64,000 bases of DNA from Squalus acanthias (Eukaryota). Location: assembly GCA_030390025.1 (NCBI GenBank), contig CM059438.1:57104001-57168000 (forward strand), read 5' to 3'. Of this stretch, positions 42,601 through 57,600 are shown piece by piece; the first letter of the stretch is position 1, and every line of letters begins with the position of its first letter. Position numbers and translations under genes: made by a program. The notes under the pieces are model-generated. The model did not search any database. It was not told the DNA's origin and saw only the letters and a program-made list of their open reading frames with translations.

Positions 42601-45600
42601 TGAGTGTGACAGCAGTGTGTTTAATCCCACTATAAATGAGTGTGACAGCAGTGTGTTTAATCCCACTATAAATGAGTGTGACAGCAGTGTGTTTAATCCC
42701 ACTATAAATGAGTGTGACAGCAGTGTGTTTAATCCCACTATAAATGAGTGTGACAGCAGTGTGTTTAATCCCACTATAAATGAGTGTGACAGCAGTGTGT
42801 TTAATCCCACTATAAATGAGTGTGACAGCAGTGTGTTTAATCCCACTATAAATGAGTGTGACAGCAGTGTGTTTAATCCCACTATAAATGAGTGTGACAG
42901 CAGTGTGTTTAATCCCACTATAAATGAGTGTGACAGCAGTGTGTTTAATCCCACTATAAATGAGTGTGACAGCAGTGTGTTTAATCCCACTATAAATGAG
43001 TGTGACAGCAGTGTGTTTAATCCCACTATAAATGAGTGTGACAGCAGTGTGTTTAATCCCACTATAAATGAGTGTGACAGCAGTGTGTTTAATCCCACTA
43101 TAAATGAGTGTGACAGCAGTGTGTTTAATCCCACTATAAATGAGTGTGACAGCAGTGTGTTTAATCCCACTATAAATGAGTGTGACAGCAGTGTGTTTAA
43201 TCCCACTATAAATGAGTGTGACAGCAGTGTGTTTAATCCCACTATAAATGAGTGTGACAGCAGTGTGTTTAATCCCACTATAAATGAGTGTGACAGCAGT
43301 GTGTTTAATCCCACTATAAATGAGTGTGACAGCAGTGTGTTTAATCCCACTATAAATGAGTGTGACAGCAGTGTGTTTAATCCCACTATAAATGAGTGTG
43401 ACAGCAGTGTGTTTAATCCCACTATAAATGAGTGTGACAGCAGTGTGTTTAATCCCACTATAAATGAGTGTGACAGCAGTGTGTTTAATCCCACTATAAA
43501 TGAGTGTGACAGCAGTGTGTTTAATCCCACTATAAATGAGTGTGACAGCAGTGTGTTTAATCCCACTATAAATGAGTGTGACAGCAGTGTGTTTAATCCC
43601 ACTATAAATGAGTGTGACAGCAGTGTGTTTAATCCCACTATAAATGAGTGTGACAGCAGTGTGTTTAATCCCACTATAAATGAGTGTGACAGCAGTGTGT
43701 TTAATCCCACTATAAATGAGTGTGACAGCAGTGTGTTTAATCCCACTATAAATGAGTGTGACAGCAGTGTGTTTAATCCCACTATAAATGAGTGTGACAG
43801 CAGTGTGTTTAATCCCACTATAAATGAGTGTGACAGCAGTGTGTTTAATCCCACTATAAATGAGTGTGACAGCAGTGTGTTTAATCCCACTATAAATGAG
43901 TGTGACAGCAGTGTGTTTAATCCCACTATAAATGAGTGTGACAGCAGTGTGTTTAATCCCACTATAAATGAGTGTGACAGCAGTGTGTTTAATCCCACTA
44001 TAAATGAGTGTGACAGCAGTGTGTTTAATCCCACTATAAATGAGTGTGACAGCAGTGTGTTTAATCCCACTATAAATGAGTGTGACAGCAGTGTGTTTAA
44101 TCCCACTATAAATGAGTGTGACAGCAGTGTGTTTAATCCCACTATAAATGAGTGTGACAGCAGTGTGTTTAATCCCACTATAAATGAGTGTGACAGCAGT
44201 GTGTTTAATCCCACTATAAATGAGTGTGACAGCAGTGTGTTTAATCCCACTATAAATGAGTGTGACAGCAGTGTGTTTAATCCCACTATAAATGAGTGTG
44301 ACAGCAGTGTGTTTAATCCCACTATAAATGAGTGTGACAGCAGTGTGTTTAATCCCACTATAAATGAGTGTGACAGCAGTGTGTTTAATCCCACTATAAA
44401 TGAGTGTGACAGCAGTGTGTTTAATCCCACTATAAATGAGTGTGACAGCAGTGTGTTTAATCCCACTATAAATGAGTGTGACAGCAGTGTGTTTAATCCC
44501 ACTATAAATGAGTGTGACAGCAGTGTGTTTAATCCCACTATAAATGAGTGTGACAGCAGTGTGTTTAATCCCACTATAAATGAGTGTGACAGCAGTGTGT
44601 TTAATCCCACTATAAATGAGTGTGACAGCAGTGTGTTTAATCCCACTATAAATGAGTGTGACAGCAGTGTGTTTAATCCCACTATAAATGAGTGTGACAG
44701 CAGTGTGTTTAATCCCACTATAAATGAGTGTGACAGCAGTGTGTTTAATCCCACTATAAATGAGTGTGACAGCAGTGTGTTTAATCCCACTATAAATGAG
44801 TGTGACAGCAGTGTGTTTAATCCCACTATAAATGAGTGTGACAGCAGTGTGTTTAATCCCACTATAAATGAGTGTGACAGCAGTGTGTTTAATCCCACTA
44901 TAAATGAGTGTGACAGCAGTGTGTTTAATCCCACTATAAATGAGTGTGACAGCAGTGTGTTTAATCCCACTATAAATGAGTGTGACAGCAGTGTGTTTAA
45001 TCCCACTATAAATGAGTGTGACAGCAGTGTGTTTAATCCCACTATAAATGAGTGTGACAGCAGTGTGTTTAATCCCACTATAAATGAGTGTGACAGCAGT
45101 GTGTTTAATCCCACTATAAATGAGTGTGACAGCAGTGTGTTTAATCCCACTATAAATGAGTGTGACAGCAGTGTGTTTAATCCCACTATAAATGAGTGTG
45201 ACAGCAGTGTGTTTAATCCCACTATAAATGAGTGTGACAGCAGTGTGTTTAATCCCACTATAAATGAGTGTGACAGCAGTGTGTTTAATCCCACTATAAA
45301 TGAGTGTGACAGCAGTGTGTTTAATCCCACTATAAATGAGTGTGACAGCAGTGTGTTTAATCCCACTATAAATGAGTGTGACAGCAGTGTGTTTAATCCC
45401 ACTATAAATGAGTGTGACAGCAGTGTGTTTAATCCCACTATAAATGAGTGTGACAGCAGTGTGTTTAATCCCACTATAAATGAGTGTGACAGCAGTGTGT
45501 TTAATCCCACTATAAATGAGTGTGACAGCAGTGTGTTTAATCCCACTATAAATGAGTGTGACAGCAGTGTGTTTAATCCCACTATAAATGAGTGTGACAG

Positions 45601-48600
45601 CAGTGTGTTTAATCCCACTATAAATGAGTGTGACAGCAGTGTGTTTAATCCCACTATAAATGAGTGTGACAGCAGTGTGTTTAATCCCACTATAAATGAG
45701 TGTGACAGCAGTGTGTTTAATCCCACTATAAATGAGTGTGACAGCAGTGTGTTTAATCCCACTATAAATGAGTGTGACAGCAGTGTGTTTAATCCCACTA
45801 TAAATGAGTGTGACAGCAGTGTGTTTAATCCCACTATAAATGAGTGTGACAGCAGTGTGTTTAATCCCACTATAAATGAGTGTGACAGCAGTGTGTTTAA
45901 TCCCACTATAAATGAGTGTGACAGCAGTGTGTTTAATCCCACTATAAATGAGTGTGACAGCAGTGTGTTTAATCCCACTATAAATGAGTGTGACAGCAGT
46001 GTGTTTAATCCCACTATAAATGAGTGTGACAGCAGTGTGTTTAATCCCACTATAAATGAGTGTGACAGCAGTGTGTTTAATCCCACTATAAATGAGTGTG
46101 ACAGCAGTGTGTTTAATCCCACTATAAATGAGTGTGACAGCAGTGTGTTTAATCCCACTATAAATGAGTGTGACAGCAGTGTGTTTAATCCCACTATAAA
46201 TGAGTGTGACAGCAGTGTGTTTAATCCCACTATAAATGAGTGTGACAGCAGTGTGTTTAATCCCACTATAAATGAGTGTGACAGCAGTGTGTTTAATCCC
46301 ACTATAAATGAGTGTGACAGCAGTGTGTTTAATCCCACTATAAATGAGTGTGACAGCAGTGTGTTTAATCCCACTATAAATGAGTGTGACAGCAGTGTGT
46401 TTAATCCCACTATAAATGAGTGTGACAGCAGTGTGTTTAATCCCACTATAAATGAGTGTGACAGCAGTGTGTTTAATCCCACTATAAATGAGTGTGACAG
46501 CAGTGTGTTTAATCCCACTATAAATGAGTGTGACAGCAGTGTGTTTAATCCCACTATAAATGAGTGTGACAGCAGTGTGTTTAATCCCACTATAAATGAG
46601 TGTGACAGCAGTGTGTTTAATCCCACTATAAATGAGTGTGACAGCAGTGTGTTTAATCCCACTATAAATGAGTGTGACAGCAGTGTGTTTAATCCCACTA
46701 TAAATGAGTGTGACAGCAGTGTGTTTAATCCCACTATAAATGAGTGTGACAGCAGTGTGTTTAATCCCACTATAAATGAGTGTGACAGCAGTGTGTTTAA
46801 TCCCACTATAAATGAGTGTGACAGCAGTGTGTTTAATCCCACTATAAATGAGTGTGACAGCAGTGTGTTTAATCCCACTATAAATGAGTGTGACAGCAGT
46901 GTGTTTAATCCCACTATAAATGAGTGTGACAGCAGTGTGTTTAATCCCACTATAAATGAGTGTGACAGCAGTGTGTTTAATCCCACTATAAATGAGTGTG
47001 ACAGCAGTGTGTTTAATCCCACTATAAATGAGTGTGACAGCAGTGTGTTTAATCCCACTATAAATGAGTGTGACAGCAGTGTGTTTAATCCCACTATAAA
47101 TGAGTGTGACAGCAGTGTGTTTAATCCCACTATAAATGAGTGTGACAGCAGTGTGTTTAATCCCACTATAAATGAGTGTGACAGCAGTGTGTTTAATCCC
47201 ACTATAAATGAGTGTGACAGCAGTGTGTTTAATCCCACTATAAATGAGTGTGACAGCAGTGTGTTTAATCCCACTATAAATGAGTGTGACAGCAGTGTGT
47301 TTAATCCCACTATAAATGAGTGTGACAGCAGTGTGTTTAATCCCACTATAAATGAGTGTGACAGCAGTGTGTTTAATCCCACTATAAATGAGTGTGACAG
47401 CAGTGTGTTTAATCCCACTATAAATGAGTGTGACAGCAGTGTGTTTAATCCCACTATAAATGAGTGTGACAGCAGTGTGTTTAATCCCACTATAAATGAG
47501 TGTGACAGCAGTGTGTTTAATCCCACTATAAATGAGTGTGACAGCAGTGTGTTTAATCCCACTATAAATGAGTGTGACAGCAGTGTGTTTAATCCCACTA
47601 TAAATGAGTGTGACAGCAGTGTGTTTAATCCCACTATAAATGAGTGTGACAGCAGTGTGTTTAATCCCACTATAAATGAGTGTGACAGCAGTGTGTTTAA
47701 TCCCACTATAAATGAGTGTGACAGCAGTGTGTTTAATCCCACTATAAATGAGTGTGACAGCAGTGTGTTTAATCCCACTATAAATGAGTGTGACAGCAGT
47801 GTGTTTAATCCCACTATAAATGAGTGTGACAGCAGTGTGTTTAATCCCACTATAAATGAGTGTGACAGCAGTGTGTTTAATCCCACTATAAATGAGTGTG
47901 ACAGCAGTGTGTTTAATCCCACTATAAATGAGTGTGACAGCAGTGTGTTTAATCCCACTATAAATGAGTGTGACAGCAGTGTGTTTAATCCCACTATAAA
48001 TGAGTGTGACAGCAGTGTGTTTAATCCCACTATAAATGAGTGTGACAGCAGTGTGTTTAATCCCACTATAAATGAGTGTGACAGCAGTGTGTTTAATCCC
48101 ACTATAAATGAGTGTGACAGCAGTGTGTTTAATCCCACTATAAATGAGTGTGACAGCAGTGTGTTTAATCCCACTATAAATGAGTGTGACAGCAGTGTGT
48201 TTAATCCCACTATAAATGAGTGTGACAGCAGTGTGTTTAATCCCACTATAAATGAGTGTGACAGCAGTGTGTTTAATCCCACTATAAATGAGTGTGACAG
48301 CAGTGTGTTTAATCCCACTATAAATGAGTGTGACAGCAGTGTGTTTAATCCCACTATAAATGAGTGTGACAGCAGTGTGTTTAATCCCACTATAAATGAG
48401 TGTGACAGCAGTGTGTTTAATCCCACTATAAATGAGTGTGACAGCAGTGTGTTTAATCCCACTATAAATGAGTGTGACAGCAGTGTGTTTAATCCCACTA
48501 TAAATGAGTGTGACAGCAGTGTGTTTAATCCCACTATAAATGAGTGTGACAGCAGTGTGTTTAATCCCACTATAAATGAGTGTGACAGCAGTGTGTTTAA

Positions 48601-51600
48601 TCCCACTATAAATGAGTGTGACAGCAGTGTGTTTAATCCCACTATAAATGAGTGTGACAGCAGTGTGTTTAATCCCACTATAAATGAGTGTGACAGCAGT
48701 GTGTTTAATCCCACTATAAATGAGTGTGACAGCAGTGTGTTTAATCCCACTATAAATGAGTGTGACAGCAGTGTGTTTAATCCCACTATAAATGAGTGTG
48801 ACAGCAGTGTGTTTAATCCCACTATAAATGAGTGTGACAGCAGTGTGTTTAATCCCACTATAAATGAGTGTGACAGCAGTGTGTTTAATCCCACTATAAA
48901 TGAGTGTGACAGCAGTGTGTTTAATCCCACTATAAATGAGTGTGACAGCAGTGTGTTTAATCCCACTATAAATGAGTGTGACAGCAGTGTGTTTAATCCC
49001 ACTATAAATGAGTGTGACAGCAGTGTGTTTAATCCCACTATAAATGAGTGTGACAGCAGTGTGTTTAATCCCACTATAAATGAGTGTGACAGCAGTGTGT
49101 TTAATCCCACTATAAATGAGTGTGACAGCAGTGTGTTTAATCCCACTATAAATGAGTGTGACAGCAGTGTGTTTAATCCCACTATAAATGAGTGTGACAG
49201 CAGTGTGTTTAATCCCACTATAAATGAGTGTGACAGCAGTGTGTTTAATCCCACTATAAATGAGTGTGACAGCAGTGTGTTTAATCCCACTATAAATGAG
49301 TGTGACAGCAGTGTGTTTAATCCCACTATAAATGAGTGTGACAGCAGTGTGTTTAATCCCACTATAAATGAGTGTGACAGCAGTGTGTTTAATCCCACTA
49401 TAAATGAGTGTGACAGCAGTGTGTTTAATCCCACTATAAATGAGTGTGACAGCAGTGTGTTTAATCCCACTATAAATGAGTGTGACAGCAGTGTGTTTAA
49501 TCCCACTATAAATGAGTGTGACAGCAGTGTGTTTAATCCCACTATAAATGAGTGTGACAGCAGTGTGTTTAATCCCACTATAAATGAGTGTGACAGCAGT
49601 GTGTTTAATCCCACTATAAATGAGTGTGACAGCAGTGTGTTTAATCCCACTATAAATGAGTGTGACAGCAGTGTGTTTAATCCCACTATAAATGAGTGTG
49701 ACAGCAGTGTGTTTAATCCCACTATAAATGAGTGTGACAGCAGTGTGTTTAATCCCACTATAAATGAGTGTGACAGCAGTGTGTTTAATCCCACTATAAA
49801 TGAGTGTGACAGCAGTGTGTTTAATCCCACTATAAATGAGTGTGACAGCAGTGTGTTTAATCCCACTATAAATGAGTGTGACAGCAGTGTGTTTAATCCC
49901 ACTATAAATGAGTGTGACAGCAGTGTGTTTAATCCCACTATAAATGAGTGTGACAGCAGTGTGTTTAATCCCACTATAAATGAGTGTGACAGCAGTGTGT
50001 TTAATCCCACTATAAATGAGTGTGACAGCAGTGTGTTTAATCCCACTATAAATGAGTGTGACAGCAGTGTGTTTAATCCCACTATAAATGAGTGTGACAG
50101 CAGTGTGTTTAATCCCACTATAAATGAGTGTGACAGCAGTGTGTTTAATCCCACTATAAATGAGTGTGACAGCAGTGTGTTTAATCCCACTATAAATGAG
50201 TGTGACAGCAGTGTGTTTAATCCCACTATAAATGAGTGTGACAGCAGTGTGTTTAATCCCACTATAAATGAGTGTGACAGCAGTGTGTTTAATCCCACTA
50301 TAAATGAGTGTGACAGCAGTGTGTTTAATCCCACTATAAATGAGTGTGACAGCAGTGTGTTTAATCCCACTATAAATGAGTGTGACAGCAGTGTGTTTAA
50401 TCCCACTATAAATGAGTGTGACAGCAGTGTGTTTAATCCCACTATAAATGAGTGTGACAGCAGTGTGTTTAATCCCACTATAAATGAGTGTGACAGCAGT
50501 GTGTTTAATCCCACTATAAATGAGTGTGACAGCAGTGTGTTTAATCCCACTATAAATGAGTGTGACAGCAGTGTGTTTAATCCCACTATAAATGAGTGTG
50601 ACAGCAGTGTGTTTAATCCCACTATAAATGAGTGTGACAGCAGTGTGTTTAATCCCACTATAAATGAGTGTGACAGCAGTGTGTTTAATCCCACTATAAA
50701 TGAGTGTGACAGCAGTGTGTTTAATCCCACTATAAATGAGTGTGACAGCAGTGTGTTTAATCCCACTATAAATGAGTGTGACAGCAGTGTGTTTAATCCC
50801 ACTATAAATGAGTGTGACAGCAGTGTGTTTAATCCCACTATAAATGAGTGTGACAGCAGTGTGTTTAATCCCACTATAAATGAGTGTGACAGCAGTGTGT
50901 TTAATCCCACTATAAATGAGTGTGACAGCAGTGTGTTTAATCCCACTATAAATGAGTGTGACAGCAGTGTGTTTAATCCCACTATAAATGAGTGTGACAG
51001 CAGTGTGTTTAATCCCACTATAAATGAGTGTGACAGCAGTGTGTTTAATCCCACTATAAATGAGTGTGACAGCAGTGTGTTTAATCCCACTATAAATGAG
51101 TGTGACAGCAGTGTGTTTAATCCCACTATAAATGAGTGTGACAGCAGTGTGTTTAATCCCACTATAAATGAGTGTGACAGCAGTGTGTTTAATCCCACTA
51201 TAAATGAGTGTGACAGCAGTGTGTTTAATCCCACTATAAATGAGTGTGACAGCAGTGTGTTTAATCCCACTATAAATGAGTGTGACAGCAGTGTGTTTAA
51301 TCCCACTATAAATGAGTGTGACAGCAGTGTGTTTAATCCCACTATAAATGAGTGTGACAGCAGTGTGTTTAATCCCACTATAAATGAGTGTGACAGCAGT
51401 GTGTTTAATCCCACTATAAATGAGTGTGACAGCAGTGTGTTTAATCCCACTATAAATGAGTGTGACAGCAGTGTGTTTAATCCCACTATAAATGAGTGTG
51501 ACAGCAGTGTGTTTAATCCCACTATAAATGAGTGTGACAGCAGTGTGTTTAATCCCACTATAAATGAGTGTGACAGCAGTGTGTTTAATCCCACTATAAA

Positions 51601-54600
51601 TGAGTGTGACAGCAGTGTGTTTAATCCCACTATAAATGAGTGTGACAGCAGTGTGTTTAATCCCACTATAAATGAGTGTGACAGCAGTGTGTTTAATCCC
51701 ACTATAAATGAGTGTGACAGCAGTGTGTTTAATCCCACTATAAATGAGTGTGACAGCAGTGTGTTTAATCCCACTATAAATGAGTGTGACAGCAGTGTGT
51801 TTAATCCCACTATAAATGAGTGTGACAGCAGTGTGTTTAATCCCACTATAAATGAGTGTGACAGCAGTGTGTTTAATCCCACTATAAATGAGTGTGACAG
51901 CAGTGTGTTTAATCCCACTATAAATGAGTGTGACAGCAGTGTGTTTAATCCCACTATAAATGAGTGTGACAGCAGTGTGTTTAATCCCACTATAAATGAG
52001 TGTGACAGCAGTGTGTTTAATCCCACTATAAATGAGTGTGACAGCAGTGTGTTTAATCCCACTATAAATGAGTGTGACAGCAGTGTGTTTAATCCCACTA
52101 TAAATGAGTGTGACAGCAGTGTGTTTAATCCCACTATAAATGAGTGTGACAGCAGTGTGTTTAATCCCACTATAAATGAGTGTGACAGCAGTGTGTTTAA
52201 TCCCACTATAAATGAGTGTGACAGCAGTGTGTTTAATCCCACTATAAATGAGTGTGACAGCAGTGTGTTTAATCCCACTATAAATGAGTGTGACAGCAGT
52301 GTGTTTAATCCCACTATAAATGAGTGTGACAGCAGTGTGTTTAATCCCACTATAAATGAGTGTGACAGCAGTGTGTTTAATCCCACTATAAATGAGTGTG
52401 ACAGCAGTGTGTTTAATCCCACTATAAATGAGTGTGACAGCAGTGTGTTTAATCCCACTATAAATGAGTGTGACAGCAGTGTGTTTAATCCCACTATAAA
52501 TGAGTGTGACAGCAGTGTGTTTAATCCCACTATAAATGAGTGTGACAGCAGTGTGTTTAATCCCACTATAAATGAGTGTGACAGCAGTGTGTTTAATCCC
52601 ACTATAAATGAGTGTGACAGCAGTGTGTTTAATCCCACTATAAATGAGTGTGACAGCAGTGTGTTTAATCCCACTATAAATGAGTGTGACAGCAGTGTGT
52701 TTAATCCCACTATAAATGAGTGTGACAGCAGTGTGTTTAATCCCACTATAAATGAGTGTGACAGCAGTGTGTTTAATCCCACTATAAATGAGTGTGACAG
52801 CAGTGTGTTTAATCCCACTATAAATGAGTGTGACAGCAGTGTGTTTAATCCCACTATAAATGAGTGTGACAGCAGTGTGTTTAATCCCACTATAAATGAG
52901 TGTGACAGCAGTGTGTTTAATCCCACTATAAATGAGTGTGACAGCAGTGTGTTTAATCCCACTATAAATGAGTGTGACAGCAGTGTGTTTAATCCCACTA
53001 TAAATGAGTGTGACAGCAGTGTGTTTAATCCCACTATAAATGAGTGTGACAGCAGTGTGTTTAATCCCACTATAAATGAGTGTGACAGCAGTGTGTTTAA
53101 TCCCACTATAAATGAGTGTGACAGCAGTGTGTTTAATCCCACTATAAATGAGTGTGACAGCAGTGTGTTTAATCCCACTATAAATGAGTGTGACAGCAGT
53201 GTGTTTAATCCCACTATAAATGAGTGTGACAGCAGTGTGTTTAATCCCACTATAAATGAGTGTGACAGCAGTGTGTTTAATCCCACTATAAATGAGTGTG
53301 ACAGCAGTGTGTTTAATCCCACTATAAATGAGTGTGACAGCAGTGTGTTTAATCCCACTATAAATGAGTGTGACAGCAGTGTGTTTAATCCCACTATAAA
53401 TGAGTGTGACAGCAGTGTGTTTAATCCCACTATAAATGAGTGTGACAGCAGTGTGTTTAATCCCACTATAAATGAGTGTGACAGCAGTGTGTTTAATCCC
53501 ACTATAAATGAGTGTGACAGCAGTGTGTTTAATCCCACTATAAATGAGTGTGACAGCAGTGTGTTTAATCCCACTATAAATGAGTGTGACAGCAGTGTGT
53601 TTAATCCCACTATAAATGAGTGTGACAGCAGTGTGTTTAATCCCACTATAAATGAGTGTGACAGCAGTGTGTTTAATCCCACTATAAATGAGTGTGACAG
53701 CAGTGTGTTTAATCCCACTATAAATGAGTGTGACAGCAGTGTGTTTAATCCCACTATAAATGAGTGTGACAGCAGTGTGTTTAATCCCACTATAAATGAG
53801 TGTGACAGCAGTGTGTTTAATCCCACTATAAATGAGTGTGACAGCAGTGTGTTTAATCCCACTATAAATGAGTGTGACAGCAGTGTGTTTAATCCCACTA
53901 TAAATGAGTGTGACAGCAGTGTGTTTAATCCCACTATAAATGAGTGTGACAGCAGTGTGTTTAATCCCACTATAAATGAGTGTGACAGCAGTGTGTTTAA
54001 TCCCACTATAAATGAGTGTGACAGCAGTGTGTTTAATCCCACTATAAATGAGTGTGACAGCAGTGTGTTTAATCCCACTATAAATGAGTGTGACAGCAGT
54101 GTGTTTAATCCCACTATAAATGAGTGTGACAGCAGTGTGTTTAATCCCACTATAAATGAGTGTGACAGCAGTGTGTTTAATCCCACTATAAATGAGTGTG
54201 ACAGCAGTGTGTTTAATCCCACTATAAATGAGTGTGACAGCAGTGTGTTTAATCCCACTATAAATGAGTGTGACAGCAGTGTGTTTAATCCCACTATAAA
54301 TGAGTGTGACAGCAGTGTGTTTAATCCCACTATAAATGAGTGTGACAGCAGTGTGTTTAATCCCACTATAAATGAGTGTGACAGCAGTGTGTTTAATCCC
54401 ACTATAAATGAGTGTGACAGCAGTGTGTTTAATCCCACTATAAATGAGTGTGACAGCAGTGTGTTTAATCCCACTATAAATGAGTGTGACAGCAGTGTGT
54501 TTAATCCCACTATAAATGAGTGTGACAGCAGTGTGTTTAATCCCACTATAAATGAGTGTGACAGCAGTGTGTTTAATCCCACTATAAATGAGTGTGACAG

Positions 54601-57600
54601 CAGTGTGTTTAATCCCACTATAAATGAGTGTGACAGCAGTGTGTTTAATCCCACTATAAATGAGTGTGACAGCAGTGTGTTTAATCCCACTATAAATGAG
54701 TGTGACAGCAGTGTGTTTAATCCCACTATAAATGAGTGTGACAGCAGTGTGTTTAATCCCACTATAAATGAGTGTGACAGCAGTGTGTTTAATCCCACTA
54801 TAAATGAGTGTGACAGCAGTGTGTTTAATCCCACTATAAATGAGTGTGACAGCAGTGTGTTTAATCCCACTATAAATGAGTGTGACAGCAGTGTGTTTAA
54901 TCCCACTATAAATGAGTGTGACAGCAGTGTGTTTAATCCCACTATAAATGAGTGTGACAGCAGTGTGTTTAATCCCACTATAAATGAGTGTGACAGCAGT
55001 GTGTTTAATCCCACTATAAATGAGTGTGACAGCAGTGTGTTTAATCCCACTATAAATGAGTGTGACAGCAGTGTGTTTAATCCCACTATAAATGAGTGTG
55101 ACAGCAGTGTGTTTAATCCCACTATAAATGAGTGTGACAGCAGTGTGTTTAATCCCACTATAAATGAGTGTGACAGCAGTGTGTTTAATCCCACTATAAA
55201 TGAGTGTGACAGCAGTGTGTTTAATCCCACTATAAATGAGTGTGACAGCAGTGTGTTTAATCCCACTATAAATGAGTGTGACAGCAGTGTGTTTAATCCC
55301 ACTATAAATGAGTGTGACAGCAGTGTGTTTAATCCCACTATAAATGAGTGTGACAGCAGTGTGTTTAATCCCACTATAAATGAGTGTGACAGCAGTGTGT
55401 TTAATCCCACTATAAATGAGTGTGACAGCAGTGTGTTTAATCCCACTATAAATGAGTGTGACAGCAGTGTGTTTAATCCCACTATAAATGAGTGTGACAG
55501 CAGTGTGTTTAATCCCACTATAAATGAGTGTGACAGCAGTGTGTTTAATCCCACTATAAATGAGTGTGACAGCAGTGTGTTTAATCCCACTATAAATGAG
55601 TGTGACAGCAGTGTGTTTAATCCCACTATAAATGAGTGTGACAGCAGTGTGTTTAATCCCACTATAAATGAGTGTGACAGCAGTGTGTTTAATCCCACTA
55701 TAAATGAGTGTGACAGCAGTGTGTTTAATCCCACTATAAATGAGTGTGACAGCAGTGTGTTTAATCCCACTATAAATGAGTGTGACAGCAGTGTGTTTAA
55801 TCCCACTATAAATGAGTGTGACAGCAGTGTGTTTAATCCCACTATAAATGAGTGTGACAGCAGTGTGTTTAATCCCACTATAAATGAGTGTGACAGCAGT
55901 GTGTTTAATCCCACTATAAATGAGTGTGACAGCAGTGTGTTTAATCCCACTATAAATGAGTGTGACAGCAGTGTGTTTAATCCCACTATAAATGAGTGTG
56001 ACAGCAGTGTGTTTAATCCCACTATAAATGAGTGTGACAGCAGTGTGTTTAATCCCACTATAAATGAGTGTGACAGCAGTGTGTTTAATCCCACTATAAA
56101 TGAGTGTGACAGCAGTGTGTTTAATCCCACTATAAATGAGTGTGACAGCAGTGTGTTTAATCCCACTATAAATGAGTGTGACAGCAGTGTGTTTAATCCC
56201 ACTATAAATGAGTGTGACAGCAGTGTGTTTAATCCCACTATAAATGAGTGTGACAGCAGTGTGTTTAATCCCACTATAAATGAGTGTGACAGCAGTGTGT
56301 TTAATCCCACTATAAATGAGTGTGACAGCAGTGTGTTTAATCCCACTATAAATGAGTGTGACAGCAGTGTGTTTAATCCCACTATAAATGAGTGTGACAG
56401 CAGTGTGTTTAATCCCACTATAAATGAGTGTGACAGCAGTGTGTTTAATCCCACTATAAATGAGTGTGACAGCAGTGTGTTTAATCCCACTATAAATGAG
56501 TGTGACAGCAGTGTGTTTAATCCCACTATAAATGAGTGTGACAGCAGTGTGTTTAATCCCACTATAAATGAGTGTGACAGCAGTGTGTTTAATCCCACTA
56601 TAAATGAGTGTGACAGCAGTGTGTTTAATCCCACTATAAATGAGTGTGACAGCAGTGTGTTTAATCCCACTATAAATGAGTGTGACAGCAGTGTGTTTAA
56701 TCCCACTATAAATGAGTGTGACAGCAGTGTGTTTAATCCCACTATAAATGAGTGTGACAGCAGTGTGTTTAATCCCACTATAAATGAGTGTGACAGCAGT
56801 GTGTTTAATCCCACTATAAATGAGTGTGACAGCAGTGTGTTTAATCCCACTATAAATGAGTGTGACAGCAGTGTGTTTAATCCCACTATAAATGAGTGTG
56901 ACAGCAGTGTGTTTAATCCCACTATAAATGAGTGTGACAGCAGTGTGTTTAATCCCACTATAAATGAGTGTGACAGCAGTGTGTTTAATCCCACTATAAA
57001 TGAGTGTGACAGCAGTGTGTTTAATCCCACTATAAATGAGTGTGACAGCAGTGTGTTTAATCCCACTATAAATGAGTGTGACAGCAGTGTGTTTAATCCC
57101 ACTATAAATGAGTGTGACAGCAGTGTGTTTAATCCCACTATAAATGAGTGTGACAGCAGTGTGTTTAATCCCACTATAAATGAGTGTGACAGCAGTGTGT
57201 TTAATCCCACTATAAATGAGTGTGACAGCAGTGTGTTTAATCCCACTATAAATGAGTGTGACAGCAGTGTGTTTAATCCCACTATAAATGAGTGTGACAG
57301 CAGTGTGTTTAATCCCACTATAAATGAGTGTGACAGCAGTGTGTTTAATCCCACTATAAATGAGTGTGACAGCAGTGTGTTTAATCCCACTATAAATGAG
57401 TGTGACAGCAGTGTGTTTAATCCCACTATAAATGAGTGTGACAGCAGTGTGTTTAATCCCACTATAAATGAGTGTGACAGCAGTGTGTTTAATCCCACTA
57501 TAAATGAGTGTGACAGCAGTGTGTTTAATCCCACTATAAATGAGTGTGACAGCAGTGTGTTTAATCCCACTATAAATGAGTGTGACAGCAGTGTGTTTAA